Positions 1 to 13,800 of a stretch of DNA of 64,000 nt are shown here, one piece after another. The DNA comes from Chiloscyllium plagiosum (lineage: Eukaryota). The notes under the pieces were generated by a model. That model saw nothing but the letters and a program-made list of their open reading frames with translations, did not search any database and had not been told where the DNA came from. The stretch spans positions 71,293,715 to 71,357,714 of the forward strand of contig NC_057718.1 in assembly GCF_004010195.1 (NCBI RefSeq). The letters run 5' to 3'. How positions within the stretch are numbered: position 1 is the stretch's first letter; every line of letters starts with the position of its first letter. Position numbers and translations under genes: made by a program.

Positions 1-440
1 GAATGGAGGGCTTATCTTACAAAGAGAGGTTGACTGAGCTCGGACTTTTTTCATTGGAAAAAAGGAAGAGAGGGGACCTAATTGAGATGTACAAGATAAT
101 GAGAGGCATAGATAGAGTCGATAGCCAGAGACTTTTTCCCAGGGCAGAAATTGCTAACACAAGGGGTCATAGTTTTAAGCTGTTTGGCGGAAAGTATAGA
201 GGTGATGTCAGAGGTGGGTTCTTTATGCAGAGAGTTGTGAGAGCATGGAATGCGTTGCCAGCAGCAGTTGTGGAAGCAAGGTCATTGGGGATATTTAAGA
301 GACGGCTGGACATACATATCGTCACAGAATTTGAGGGTTCATATATTAGGTTTACCTTACATGAGGATCAATGGTCGGCACAACATCGTGGGCTGAAGGG
401 CCTGTTCTGTGCTATACTGTTCAATATTCTATATTCTATT
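1..440 (+). mobile_element. CR1/HER1-type LINE, 3' end of ORF2 plus tail
   Basis: ORF 3-488 reads GLSYKERLTELGLFSLEKR..RGDLIEMYKIMRG..TRGHSFKL..FF.QRVV..WNALP, the typical CR1 ORF2 C-terminus; followed by a (TTCTA)-like tail. Confidence 0.9.
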
Positions 441-2180
441 AGTTTAAGCAAGATTTCCATTTCATCCAATGATGCTAACTTTGTCTAATCCCAGTTCAGT
501 TGGCTGGATCATTGGTTTATAGAATGTGTGATGCCAACAGCGTGGAAGGCAACAGCAATTTGGAAGGCAAATTGTAAGTTGGCCTTCACTGCAAGAGATT
601 TGAGTTCGGAAGTAGGATGCCTTGCTGCAGTTATACAGACCATGGTGAGCTTATTATGTGCAGCTTTAGTCACCCTACCTAAGAAAGGATATTGAGGGAA
701 TGCAGCAAAGGTGCTAAGCTAAGGTTACCATGAAGGACCCTCTTTCTCAACCTCTTCCCTCGCCTGAGGCTTGGTGGCCCTCAGGTTAAATCACCATCAA
801 TTGAGAGAGCATCCCCTGTGGTCTGTTAAGACTATGGCAAAACAACAGCTATCACATAGAAGAGGAATTCTTGGAGATGGTTTCTCAACACATTTATCCA
901 GAAAACCAATTAGAGAACAGGTCGTCCCAGGGTTTTGTATAATGAAAAAGCAATAATTGTCAATATGGCTGTGTGAGACACCTTAGGAAAAGTGATCATA
1001 ATATGATAGAGTGTGACGTAATTGATTCCAAGACTAGCATCCTGAACTTATATAAAGGAAGCAGTGATGGTATGAGGCCTGAGCTGGTAAGTTAGAAAAC
1101 ATTACTAAAGGAGATGATGATAGATAGGCAATAGCATACATTGAAGAATGTTTGAAAAATAAAATGCCCAAGGCTAACAGGAGAAATTAACGATAGTATG
1201 AGATACAAGGAAGGGGCATACAGATTAAGCAGCAAACCAGAGGATTGGTAACAGTTTAGCTTTCAGCAAAGGATGATGTGAAGGTGCCAGTTGGATTGGG
1301 GTGGTCAAGGTCAGAAGTCACATGACACCAGGTCATGTCCAACAGGTTTATTTGAAATCACAAGCTTTCGGAGCGCTGCTCCTTTGTCAGGTAAAGGATG
1401 ACTAAAGGATACAGAGAGGGAAAATAGAGTACAAGAGTGTTTTGTGAAAAGAAAAATACAAGAAAAATGTAGGTCCTTTACAATCAGAAACAAGGAAAGT
1501 TATAATAGAAAACAAAGAGATGGTAGACCAATTAATTAGATAAAATAAAGCAAAGAACTGTGGATGCTCGAAATCTGCCACAAAAACAGAAATTTCTGGA
1601 GAAATTTAGTTGGTTTGACAGCCTGGCAGAGAATGGCATAGAGAAACAGAGTTAAGATTTTGAATCTGAAATGACTTCTTCAGAACTGAAAGGTTTTGGA
1701 AATGTTTAATATATAGTTCCAGTGCAACCGATAAAGGCGTCGGCAATGTTGGAGTTAGAGAAGGAGAGATATAAAAGATGTAAAATAAGGTGCAAACTGC
1801 AGAGAATTTATGAAGAGAAAAGTAAACAAGACACAAAAAAGACAAGGCTGTAGGGTGGTGGGGGGGAGCGAGGTGAAGTGGGTGGAGGGGAGAATGTAAA
1901 AAAATGGATATTGTGATTAGTTTCTGAACATTATTGAATTCATTGTTGAGATATCAAGGCTGTAAAGTGCCAAAATGGAAAATGAGACCCTATTCCTCAA
2001 ACTTATATTGTGCTTTGTTGGAAAGATAGCCCAGAATCACTGAATTCCTACAGTGTGGAAAAGATACATTCAGCTCACCAAACCCACAACAATTCACTGA
2101 AGAGCATCCCACCAAAATCCATCCCATCCCATCCCATCCCAGTTATCCTGCATTTCCCAGGGCAAATCTATCTTTCCCGT

Positions 2181-2785
2181 GTGGGCAGCACGGTGGCACA
2201 GTGGTTAGCACTGCTGCCTCACAGAGCCAGAGACCCAGGTTCAATTCCCGCCTCAGGCGACTGTCTGTGTGGAGTTTGCACGTTCTCCCTGTGTCTGCGT
2301 GGGTTACCTCCGGGTGCTCCAGTTTCCTCCCAGTCCAAAGATGTGCAGGTCAGGTGAATTGGCCATGCTAAATTGCCTGTAGTGTTAGATAAGGGGTAAA
2401 TGTAGGGGTATGGGTGGGTTACGCTTCGGCGGGTCGGTGTGGACTTAGATTAGATTAGATTAGATTACTTTACAGTGTGGAAACAGGCCCTTCGGCCCAA
2501 CAAGTCCACACCGACCCGCCGAAGCGCAACCCACCCATAACCCTACATTTACCCCTTACCTAACACTACGGACAATTTAGCATGGCCAATTCACCTGACC
2601 TGCACATCTTTGGACTGTGGGAGGAAACCGGAGAACCCGGAGGAAACCCACGCAGACACGGGGAGAATGTGCAAACTCCACACAGTCAGTCGCCTGAGGC
2701 GGGAATTGAACCTGGGACTCTGGTGCTGTGAGGCAGCAGTGCTAACCACTGTGTTTCCACACTGTAATGTAATCTAATCTGATCT
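2181..2785. mobile_element. Nested HE1/V-SINEs: a minus-strand copy (~2446-2750) inserted into the 3' end of a plus-strand copy (2181-2445, remainder ~2752-2785)
   Basis: tRNA-like head GGCAGCACGGTGGCACAGTGGTTAGC..GGTTCAATTCC, V-SINE core GTGTCTGCGTGGGT..CCTCCGGGTGCTCC, and TAATC tail repeats in both orientations. Confidence 0.9.
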
Positions 2786-4354
2786 AACCTACCTATCTTT
2801 GGTCTGTAGGAAGAAACCCAGACAGACACGGAGAAAATATGCAAACTCCACACAAACAGTCACCTAGCGTTCAGAGTTGAACCTAGGTGACTGGCACTGT
2901 GAAGGAGCAGTGCTAACCACAAGCGACCATGCCACCCATAAATGTTAGTATGAAAACAAGATGGTTTGTTGAAATGGCAAATAACTGGCAGCCAAGATTA
3001 GAGTGGTGCTGGAAAAGCACAGCAGGTCAGGCAGCATCCGAGGAACAGGAAAATCGATGTTTTGGGCAAAAGCCCAACTGGTTATAACTGGTCATTGCAA
3101 CAAAAAAAGCGGAGGTGCACAGAAAAGTGATCACCCAATCTGCATTTGGTCTTGCTGACGTAAAGCATTCCTTTTCGGAAAATATATATTTTGGTCTGGC
3201 TTCATAAAGTAGGACACAAATAACTTCGGAAAACATTGAGTATAGCAAGAGGGAGGAAATCAATACTAGTAGCGAAACAGCATTGGGGAAATTGTTGTGG
3301 ATGAAGGCCAATAAATCCCCAGGCCCCAAAAGGCATTCATTCTTCCAATAGTGAATGCATTGGCAGTCATCTTTCAAGATTCTATGGATTTTGTAACACT
3401 TCCTATAGTTTGGACAGTAGCTAGTGTAACATCACTATTTTAAAAAGCTAGTAGAGTGGAAATAGGGAATAATAGATCAGTTAACCTGACATTGGTAGTG
3501 GGGAAATGCTAGACTTCATTATAAAAGCTTTAATAGCAGACCTCTTAGAAAACAGTGACAGTACTAGGCAGAGTGAACATGGGTTTACAAAAGAGAAATC
3601 ATCTTTGGAATTTTGAGGATGCAATTGTTGGAGATGATATGAGGAATCTTTCTGTATACAGTTTACTGGGACTTTCAGAAGGTTTTTAATAAGGTCCCAT
3701 GTAAGAAATTAGCATGCAAAATTATAGCACACAAAATTTGAAGTAGAGTGCTGACATGAATAGAGAACTAGGAGAAATTGAGGACTGCAGATCAGAGTTG
3801 AACTTTGTGGTGCTGGAAAAACACAGCCAGTCAGGCAGCATGAAAGTTGACATTTTGAACATGAGCTGCAACATGGCTTATCAATGTTTATACTCAATGC
3901 CCCGACCGATCAAGGCAAGGATGCTGGAAACCTTCCTTACCATCTTATTTACTTGTGCTGTCACTTTCAGGGAGCTATGGACTTGCATCCCAAGATTCAT
4001 CAATATGTCAATGCTCATAAGAGTATTTACTCTGTATACTTTCCTCTTGCATTTGATGTGTCACAGAGTCAAAAAATCCCTACAGTATTAAAGAAGGCAT
4101 TCAGCCCATCAAGTTTTCACCAATCCTCGAACAACATCCCGTCTCTGGAGCCCCATATTTACCACATCGCCTGCATATCCCTGGTCACTACGAAGCAATT
4201 AACCACAGACAATCCACCTAACCTGCACATCTTTGGACTGTGGGAAGAAACCAGAACATCAGGCAGAAACTCACACAGACATGGGGACAAATGCATCACC
4301 TTGCATTTGATCAATGGTTGGATCAGTGCCATTCACAATATATATTAATGAGTT

Positions 4355-4645
4355 AGATTAGATTAGATTACTTTACTTACAGTGTGGAAACAGGCCCTTC
4401 GGCCCAACAAGTCCATACCGACCCGCCGAAGCACACCCACCCAGACCCATTCCTCTACATTTATCGCTGCACCTAACACTACAGGCAATTTAGCATAGCC
4501 AATTCACATAACCTGCACATTTTTGGACTGTGGGAGGAAACCGGAGCACCCGGACGAATGTGCAAACTCCACACAGTCAGTCACCTGAGGCGGGAATTGA
4601 ACCCAGGTCTCTGGCGCTGTGAGGCAGCAGTGTGCCACCCACTAG
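4355..4645 (-). mobile_element. HE1/V-SINE
   Basis: Reverse-complement SINE body with (GATTA)n tail at its left end. Confidence 0.9.
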
Positions 4646-5577
4646 ATGACTGTGCCACCCACTAGATGACAGGTTTACCAGACTAATTCCTGGGATGGCA
4701 GAATTGACATATGAAAATTGCCTGCATCGGTTAGATGACAGAGCTAAATATAATCTCTAAGTATGCTATTGATGCAAAGCTGGATGACAGGGTAAACTGT
4801 GAGGAAGATGCAGAGTTGCTTCAGTGTGATTTGGACAAAGTGAGTGACTATATGACAGAAAGATATAACAGGAAAGGTGGCTCAACCATGACTTACAAAA
4901 GAAATTAGATCCAGAGAGTTGACGTATAAAATTTAGAATTCAGCAGAAGAGGATAAAATATTTCATCAAGTGGGAGAAAATAGGATTTGAAAGTAAACTT
5001 ACAAGGAAAATAGAACCTGACTAAAATCATTCTTAAAAAATCAAGAGAAAAACATTAGTAAAGATAAATGTAGGTCCTTTGCAGTCAGAAATTGGGAAAA
5101 TTACAATGGGGCAACAAAGAAAGGGGAGATGATACTCAAAGTGAGTATATTGGATTAACTATAACATAAATAAATATGTTGTTATTCACTTGAGTAACAA
5201 AAACAGGAAGGAAGATTGTTATCTGAATGGCAATACATTGGGAAAGGGAGAGGTGCAATGAGGCCTGACTGTCTGTGTACTCCAGTCACTGAAAGTAATC
5301 ATGCAGGTGCAGCAGATGGTGAGGAAGGCAAATTGTATTTTGGCCTTTGTAGTTAGAGGGTTTGAGCACAGGAGTACAGATACTTTTGTTGCCATAGTGA
5401 GATCACTTCTGTGACATGGTGTGTAGTTTTCATCTCCTTATCTGAGGAAGGATGCTTTGAGAGGGAGTATAATCAAGTTTACCAGACTAATTCCTGGGAT
5501 GGCAGAATTGACGTATGAAGATTGACTGCATCGGTTAGGACTAAGGTCACTGGAATTTAGTCATATGAGGGAGGATC

Positions 5578-5880
5578 TCACAGCACTGCTGCCTCACAGC
5601 GCCAGAGACCCGGGTTCAATTCCCGCCTCAGGCGACTGACTGTGTGGAGTTTGCACATTCTCCCCGTGTCTGCGTGGGTTTCCTCCGGGTGCTCCGGTTT
5701 CCTCCCACAGTCCAAAGATGTGCAGGCCAGGTGAATTGGCCATGCTAAATTGCCCATAGTGTTAGGTAAGGGGTAAAGGTAGGGTATGGGTGGGTTGCGC
5801 TTCGGCGGGGCGGTGTGGACTTGTTGGGCTGAAGGGCCTGTTTCCACACTGTAAGTAATCTAATCTAATCTAATCTAATG
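5578..5880 (+). mobile_element. HE1/V-SINE (slightly 5'-truncated)
   Basis: Core GTGTGGAGTTTGCACATTCTCCCCGTGTCTGCGTGGGTTTCC and (TAATC)n tail. Confidence 0.92.
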
Positions 5881-6109
5881 ACTAGATAGGCTAAACTCAG
5901 GAAAAATAGTCCCAATGATCAGGGAGACTAGGACTTGGGATCACAGCCTAATGATATGTTGTAGGCTATTGAGGATTAAGAGGAGGAGAAATTTCTTCAT
6001 CCAGAGTGGTGAGCCTGTGGAATTCTCTGCCACAGGGAATTCGTTGAGGAAAAAACATTGAATCAAAAGGCATAGGAAAAAAGCAGGGCCAATGTGCTGA
6101 GTTGAATGA

Positions 6110-8530
6110 TCAGTGGGAACTGCTCCAGAGCTTTTTAGAGTTTTGGAAGATGCCACCAATGGATCCAATTGTTCCAGGGTCACTTCCTTTAGTACTGTGA
6201 GAAACAAATTTTCAGGCTTTGGGAAGTTGTCAGATTTCAACCCCATTAATTTTTCTAGCATCTTTATTTTAATGATACTGATATTCTTCAATTCTTCCAT
6301 GTCACTAGAGCCTTGGTTCCCTCAGGCTCTGCGAAAATATTGGTGTCCTATTTTATGAAGGCAGACACAAAATGTGTTCAATTCATCTCCCCTTTCTTTG
6401 TTGCCCCATTGTAATTTTCCCAATTTCTGACTGCAAATGACCTTAGTTTATCTTTACTAATGTTTTCCTCTTGATTTTTTAAAAATGATTTTAGTCAGGT
6501 TCTATTTTCCTTGTAAGTTTACTTTCAAATCCTATTTTCCCCCACTTGATGAAATATTTTATCCTCTTCTGCTGAATTCTAAATTTTTTTATAGATATTT
6601 TTATTAGAAATTTAACATTTTTACAAGTTTACAAAAATAAACAAAACTCTCAGATATAAACATTGATATACAATTAACTCAGATATACAATAGCCAAAAT
6701 TTAACAAAAGACAAAAAAAACGAAAAAGAAGAAAAAAAAACTCAACTATCTACTAATCTAACCTACAACTAACCAGAGTGTATATTTAAGTCTCTTACAT
6801 GCTCGGGATGTGTTAACATCAGATGTAATAAAACTCGTATTCGTGTGGGATTCCTCTCCTAAGGGGCCCCGGACCAGCCAGGTTTGTAATCTCAATTCAA
6901 TAAAAGCCCTTGTTAGGATAGCCGAAATATCTGTATTTATGTAATTCAAGAAGGGCTGCCATATTTTATAAAATAATTCGGTCTTTCGGTGCACCATATT
7001 TGTGAGGAAGTCAAGGGGAATACATTCCATAATTAATCTGTGCCAATTTGAAAGTTCAGGGGAGCCCTCAGCCACCCAGTTCACCAAAATATTTTTCCTT
7101 GCACAGAAAGAAAGAAAGAATAGAAAATGGTCTCTTCCCGTATGTGTCCAGGGAGGGAAAATTCGAAAAGCCCAAAAGGAGAGATATAGGGTCCACTTTA
7201 ATTTCCGTTCCTAAAATTTCTGTCAGGGTACTTGCTACTTTAGTCCAATATCTACGGATCTTATGACAGGTCCATAGGCAATGTACAAGAGTGCCCACCT
7301 CTATTTTGCATTTAGGACACATTGGAGATGCTCCTGCCTTAAATTTTGCCAGTCGAACCGGTGCTTTATGGGCCCTATGAAGTATCTTCAGCTGGATAGC
7401 CTGGGTTCTGTTACAGATAATAATTCTTCTAGCATTTTCCCAAATATCATTCCACGTTTCTATAGAGATTTTTCTAGTCCCAAATCCTGATCCCATGTTT
7501 TAAGCAGAGAATTCTAAATTTTATACGTCAACTCTCTGGATCTAATTTCTTTTCTAAGTCATGGTTGAGCCACCTTTCCTGTTATATCTTTGTGTCAGAT
7601 AGGAATGAATAATTGCAATAATTCATACATACGTTGCTTCATTATTGACCATTGACTATCCACTGCCAACCATTTTAGGAAGACCATAAGAAATAGGAGC
7701 AGGAGTTGGCTCTGCAGCCTCTCAAGCCTGGTCCCCCATCCAAAAAGATCGTGGCTGATCTGACATTCCTCACGTCCACTTTCCTGCCCTTTTTTGTAAT
7801 TCTTGATTCTCCAACAGATCAAAAATTGATCTATCTCAGCCTTAAACATACATAAGGACTCTAACCCCACAACTCTGTGGCAAGCAGTTCCAAAGACTGA
7901 CAACTGTCTGAGAGAAGAACTTCCTCTGCGTCATTGTCAACTTGTGCCTCATACCCTCATAGTTCCCTGTATTCAGATTCAGGACCTTAGCTTCAGATTC
8001 AACAATTTCACTCTCCACCTTAATAAACAGTTCCATCATTTTATGGTTACTGCTGCCAACAGACCCCACACAATAGGATTGTTAATTAATCCTTTCTCAT
8101 TGCACAATTCCTTGTGCATGATAACCTGCTCACTCGTTGCTTCCTCAGGTCAAAAACCATTACACATACATTTTAAGAAATCCTCCTCCATACTATTATT
8201 GTTAGTTTGGTTAGTCCAATCTACTTATAGATTAAGGTTACCCATAATTACAATTGTACTCTTATTACATGCATCTCAAATTGACAGTTTAAGTTCTCCC
8301 ATACATCTCCACTTCTGTTTGCGGGCCAATAGAAAACACCACACCAATGTTTTCAGTCCCCTGGTGTTTGTTTTCTGTACTCATATAGATACAACATTAT
8401 GATTTTCTGAGCCAATATCCTTCCTCACAATTGCATTGATTTCATCTTTTACTAACAATGCTACCCCACCTCCTTTTCCTTTTTGTCTATACTTCCTAAA
8501 ATCAATATCCCTAGACTTTCAGTTCCAATA
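6110..8530 (-). mobile_element. Old CR1 LINE fragment (endonuclease to RT), interrupted by the L1 fragment and other inserts
   Basis: Minus-strand remnants KMLEKLMGLKSDNFPKPENLF..VLKEV and LN.GNYEGMRHKL resemble CR1 ORF2. Confidence 0.65.
6588..7508 (-). mobile_element. 5'-truncated L1-clade LINE (ORF2 C-terminus, 3' UTR)
   Basis: IQLKILHR..CPKC..GTLVHCLWTC zinc-knuckle region and WQPFLNYI; A-rich tail; 14-bp TSD GAATTCTAAATTTT at 6574-6587 and 7509-7522. Confidence 0.9.
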
Positions 8531-8541
8531 CCCTCCAACTA

Positions 8542-8695
8542 CAGAACAACCTCAATTACCCGAATGAGATGGGCGGGGAGTATTTTGTTCAGATAACTGA
8601 TCTGATCATAAACAAAGGATTTACAGGACCTTGAGATCTTGTTCAGGTAATCCGAAATTCAGATAGTTGATGATCGGATAACTAGTGTTGTTCTG
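8542..8695. mobile_element. Tc1/mariner-pogo (Tigger-like) MITE, 154 bp
   Basis: Imperfect TIRs CAGAACAACCTCAATTACCCGA / TCGGATAACTAGTGTTGTTCTG with TA on both sides (8540-8541, 8696-8697). Confidence 0.75.
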
Positions 8696-9507
8696 TATAT
8701 CCTAACTGTATACATTCATTAAGAGTCATAGTGTCATAGAGCTGTATAACACAGAAACAGACCCTTCGGTCCATACCAACCAGATATCTTAATATAATCT
8801 AATCCCGTTTGCCAGCACTTGGCCCATATCCCTCTGAGCCCTTCCTATTCATATACCCATCCAGATGCCTTTTAAATGCTATAATTGTACCAGCCTCCAC
8901 CACTTCCTCTGGCAGCTCATTCCATATATGCACCACCTTCTGTGTGAAAAGGTTTCCCTTTATGTCCCTTTTATGCCCTTCCCTCTCACCTTAAACCTAT
9001 GCCCTCTAGGACTCCCATACCCCTATCCTATGCCTGCCCCTCATGATTTTATAATTCTCTAAGGTCACCCCTCAGCCTCCGACGCTCCAGGGAAAACGCC
9101 ACAGCCTATTCAGCCTCTCCCTTTTGCTCAGATACTACAACCCTGGCAACATCCTGTAAATCTTTTCTGAAACCTTTCAAATTTCACAACATGCTTCCAA
9201 TAGGAAGGAGACCAGAATTGCAAGCAATATTCCAATATTCCAATCAATGTCCTGTACAGCCACAACATGACTTCTCAATTCCTATATCCAATGTTCAGAC
9301 CAATGAAGGAAAGCATACTAAATGCCTTCTTCACTATCATATCTACCTGTGATTCTACTTTCAAGGAACGATGAATGTTCACTCCAAGGTCTCTTTGCTC
9401 ACCAACACTCCCCAGGACCTTCCCATTAAGTGTATAAGTCTGGCTTGGATTTGCTTTTCCAAAATACAGCTCCTCGCATTTATCTAAATTAAACTATATC
9501 TGCCACT

Positions 9508-10210
9508 TGTTACGAAGATGTGGGTGTACTGTATCTTTAAGAGAGTTAAAAGCTAGCAGTGACAGCACCAAGTATTCTCAATAAGATACAACATAAGCAT
9601 GTGGTCCAGCTGCTGGAGTAGCTAGTTGCCTGGAGACAAAAAAAATACAGATTTGAATTAGGCCAATCAGTTTAAATTATACCCCAAAAAATACCAAACT
9701 CTAATCCAGTTTGAATTGAGTGTATTGACAATCTTAAAAGCCAATGACACAATCCGATGCTTTTGGGGTATAAGACCAGGGAAATTTGAACAGTTGGAGG
9801 AAGAACTGCCAAGCCAACGACATCTGCACACTGCCCAGAAAATTAGCTCTCTTAAAGGCATCTTTATCAATCAGTAACCTGTGAAGCAGAATTCCCAAGA
9901 AGAAGAAAAGAAGACAGGAATGCAAAGAAAATTAAAAGCTGCCTGTTTTTGAGATAAGTTTTGTTTTTTAAAATCTTAATCGGGGAGTTTTATTGGACAA
10001 GTATGTAGAAGAGTAAGGTAAAAGATAGGTTAGAGGAAGGACTTGTAAATAGTTGTTAGTTAATTATTCCCTGTTATAATAGATATAGTTGTTCATTTTT
10101 ACTTGGAATAGTGCTTGGCCTCTCGAATTTTCCCAGGTTACTACACGGGATAAATCTTTTCTGTGTTGCTATTTTATATTAAGCAGGATTGTTTACCCTG
10201 TATCGTAACA
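9508..10210 (+). repeat. Gypsy 5' LTR
   Basis: TGTTACG...CGTAACA termini; direct repeat of 14733-15432. Confidence 0.92.
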
Positions 10211-10213
10211 GTT

Positions 10214-10237
10214 TGGGGGCTTGTCCGGGATTTGAAC
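10214..10237 (+). promoter_or_regulatory. Primer-binding site complementary to tRNA-Pro
   Basis: TGGGGGCTTGTCCGGGATTTGAAC, one mismatch to the tRNA-Pro 3'-end complement, 3 nt after the LTR. Confidence 0.88.
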
Positions 10238-10659
10238 TGTTTTAGACACAGATTTGGGGGTATGAAAAGTTCTCAACAGATTTAAACACTTGCAGGTTAG
10301 TGTCCTGGATCTTTAAATAAAACGTAAGTGAGGCAATGTGTTCATTTTTGGTGACTTAAATTAAAAGTAAGACAGGCCCTTAAAAATGCTTCATTTTTTT
10401 TAAGATTAGATTAGATTCCCTACAGTGTGGAGGGATTTGAAGATGATTCTCAAATTTGCCAAGAAAGTTTATAAGGAAAGAAAAAGGCCATACTTTTAGA
10501 ATTAGCAAAGAAGTTAGATTTGGGTTTAACCTGGGTTTAAGCTGAAATTGTTAGGGAGCTACTCAAACACGTAGGTGTGTCAGGGAAACAGACAAGTGCA
10601 ATAGAGGTAAAAAAACTTAAAATTACAATTGAGGAAACTAGAGTTAGAAGATAAACAGT

Positions 10660-10818
10660 GTGAGAGAGAGAGAGAGAGAGAGAGGAAAAGATAGAGAGAG
10701 GGAGAGAGAAAAAAAGAGAGGGGGAGAGGAGAGAGAGAGAGAGAATTTGAACTTGAGAAGTTGTGACTTCGTCAGCCAAGTCAAGTTAACAGGATGGAGA
10801 TTAAATGACAAGGTATTG

Positions 10819-10865
<47 letters not shown>
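10660..10865. repeat. (GA)n and (TA)n/(CA)n microsatellites inside Gypsy gag
   Basis: Seen directly at ~10660-10745 and ~10822-10865. Confidence 0.9.
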
Positions 10866-13800
10866 GTCAAAAGCCACATTTTGATGAGAAAGATGTTGAA
10901 GCCTTCTTTATTTCATTTGAAAAATTCACAAGGCAGTTGGAGTGGTCTAAGAATTTATGGGTAATGCTAGTTCAGACTAAATTGGTAGGCAGAGCTGGTG
11001 AGGTATGAGAGTCTATTCTGCTGGACGAATTTAAAAACTCACTTCCAGACATGGTAAGAATTCGCGTGGAGGAACAGAAAGTTGAGGAAATGAGAAAGGC
11101 AGCAGATTTAGCAGATGATTACATGTGGTACATTAGACAAGCTTCTGGCCAGAAGTTTGTCCTGTGAAGGATTGAAGTTGGGAAAAGGGGAGATTCTCCA
11201 CTACTAAGCCAAGAATAGAGAGCAGTAGTAAGAATTTATCACAGGATAAAAAAGAAGCCCAAGAAGGTGGAAAGGAGGTAAAAGGCCTCAGGTATTTCCA
11301 CAGTGGTTAAGTGGGACACAAAGTCACAGTGCTGGTCATTAAAGAAAGGCACTGTGGGAAAAGAAGCTAAGCCAGTGGCATCAGTGAAGAAAGTAAAGTA
11401 GACCCCAAGAAGAGCTGAGGAGCTGCAGGAGAGTGCACAGCATAGGCAGTGGCTGGGTATGGAGTTGGTACCTGATCGCGACAAAGAATCTTCCTTAGTA
11501 GGTAAAATTTGCTCAGAAAGAACAGGGGGAGAAGGACAAGAAGTTATCATTTTCTAGAGATACAGGATCTAACTAGTCGCTGAAAGTAAGAGATGAGTGA
11601 ATATGCACTCTTTCTGATCTGTTACCTGAGAGTGTGGTAATTTGTGGGATAGATGGACATAAATTTAGCATTCCCCTACGTAAGATCAGGTTGGAGTGCC
11701 AGCTCAAGACTGGGGATGTTACAGTGGTAATGATTGAGAGAGTGTCAGTTCCAGGAATTCAGTTTGTTCTTGGGAATGATTTGGCAGGATCCAAGGTGGA
11801 AGTGACACCCTTGTCTTAGAGAAGTCCAAGAAAGACCAAGAAACTGAGGAGTTAAAACAGAAATATCCTGGTATTTTCCCAGACTAAATCATTAACATGA
11901 ATTTCTTTCACAAGCCAGGATAAAAATCCAGACATGCAGCATCAATACATTGAAACTCAGCTTCTTAAATCATCAAGAGCTGAAAAACGTCAAAAACATA
12001 ACTGGATCCCACTATCATAAGTCACAGCATGAAGTGAAAAGTAAAGAGAAAGATGAAGGAATCGGGGTTTAGATAGCAGAGACCCTGTTTGAAGTAATGG
12101 TGCAGGAAAAACCTGAACAGGCAAAGGGTCAAGAAAGACAGAAGACTAGGATACTTACAACAGCAAGACGATGAGAAAGGATATATATGTGGATGTGTAA
12201 TCCGAATAGGAGGCAGAGAATTATTATCTGAAAGATAGAATCACAAGGCAGAAATGGAGACCACGACAGGTTAGTGCAGAGGAGAAATAGGTCGAAGTGC
12301 ACCAGATTACGTTATCAGTAGTATACAGACAGGAGGTGTTATGGGTAGTATATGAACTACCTGTAGGAGGTCACCCAGGGGTACGCAAGACTCAGGCTAA
12401 GGTACGAAAACATTTTTATTGGCCTGGAATGCAGAAGGATGTGGTGAACTTTTGCTGAAGTGTCATACATGCCAAATGGTAGGTAAACCACAGGCAGTAT
12501 TAAAACTAGTACCTTTGTTGCCAATTCCCACATTTGAAGAGCCTTTCACGCGGATTATAATTGATTGTGTAGGACCCCCCTCCGAGAACTATAAGTGGGA
12601 ACCAGTACTTGTTAACTATAATGGATGTGTCTACCAGATTTCCTGAGGCAATTCCATTACGGAGTATCAAAGCAAAAAGGGTAGTCGAGGAATTAGTTGC
12701 TTTCATCACACGGTCTGGGCTACCCAGAGAGATTTAGTTGGACCAAGGATCAAATTTTAATGTGAGGCTGCTTAAGGAAGTGATGGATAGCTTAGGTATA
12801 AAGCACTTTAAATCAAGTGCGCATCATCCTGAATCCCAGGGTCCTTCAGACAGGTGGCATCAAACCTAGAAGACCATGTTGAGAGCGTACTGTCAAGGTT
12901 ATCTGAATGATTGGGATAAAGGTATTTCACTCATTGTTTGCCATTACAGATCCCCCAAATGAATCTGCTCAGTTCATTCCATTTGAGTTAATATTCGGTT
13001 ATGAAATGAGAGGCCCTTTGAAATTAAGAGAAATTGACAGGTCCAAAGTTGGAGATCTCACACTTAGATTATGTATCGGAGTAGGTGAGTTAGCTAAACA
13101 ACACCGAAAGAGGGCACAGTGTAGAATGAAGCAGGTGGCAGATAAAAGCTCTGAGATTCAGACGTTTTCCCGAGGGGAAAACGTGTTAGAAATGTTACTG
13201 GTGATAGGAGATCCTTTCAAAGGCAGATTTAGTGATCCCTATCAAATTGAGGAAAAGTTGAGTCAGGTGAACTATCTAGTAAAGATGCCAGATAGGAAAA
13301 TAAAATCGAGTATGTTATGTGAACATATTGAAACTGTATTATACTAAAGAGAAAGAACTGGACAAACAGGTTTTAGTTACTACAACGCAGAGTGAGGAAT
13401 CAAATCCAGATGATATGGATTTTGATGTGCCTCAAAATAGATAAAAAACTGAAGAAGTCCTTGAGGCGTGGTTAGTAAGCTATCTGTCTCAGGAGCATAG
13501 AACACAGTTGAAAGATTTGTTACTGCAGTACAAGGACATATGTAAGAATCAGAAGGGGAGGACTAATGCTATTGCACATGAAGTAGACATAGGAAATATT
13601 GTTCTGATAAAACAACATCCCTATTGGCTTAATCCTTTCAAAGCCAGACAGGTCCAGGTGCTGGTGGAGGCCTTGCTCGACGAGGACATCTTCAAGCCAA
13701 GAGCGAGTGGTATTCGTCGATCATCTTAGTTCCCAAACCAGACGGGACTCAATGATTCTGCGTGGATTATCGGAAGGTCAATGCCATTACAAAATTGGTC

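Larger units (their letters stand above)
3130..6110 (+). mobile_element. Old degenerate CR1 LINE fragments (RT region to 3' end) interrupted by SINEs
   Basis: Remnants such as AAATCCCCAGGCCC, GACTTTCAGAAGG..AATAAGGTCCC and TTTACCAGACTAATTCCTGGGATGG match CR1 ORF2; many stops. Confidence 0.7.

Noticed and set aside
2181..2255. tRNA genes at SINE heads
   Set aside because: A- and B-box tRNA-derived heads continue into the V-SINE body; not free-standing tRNAs.
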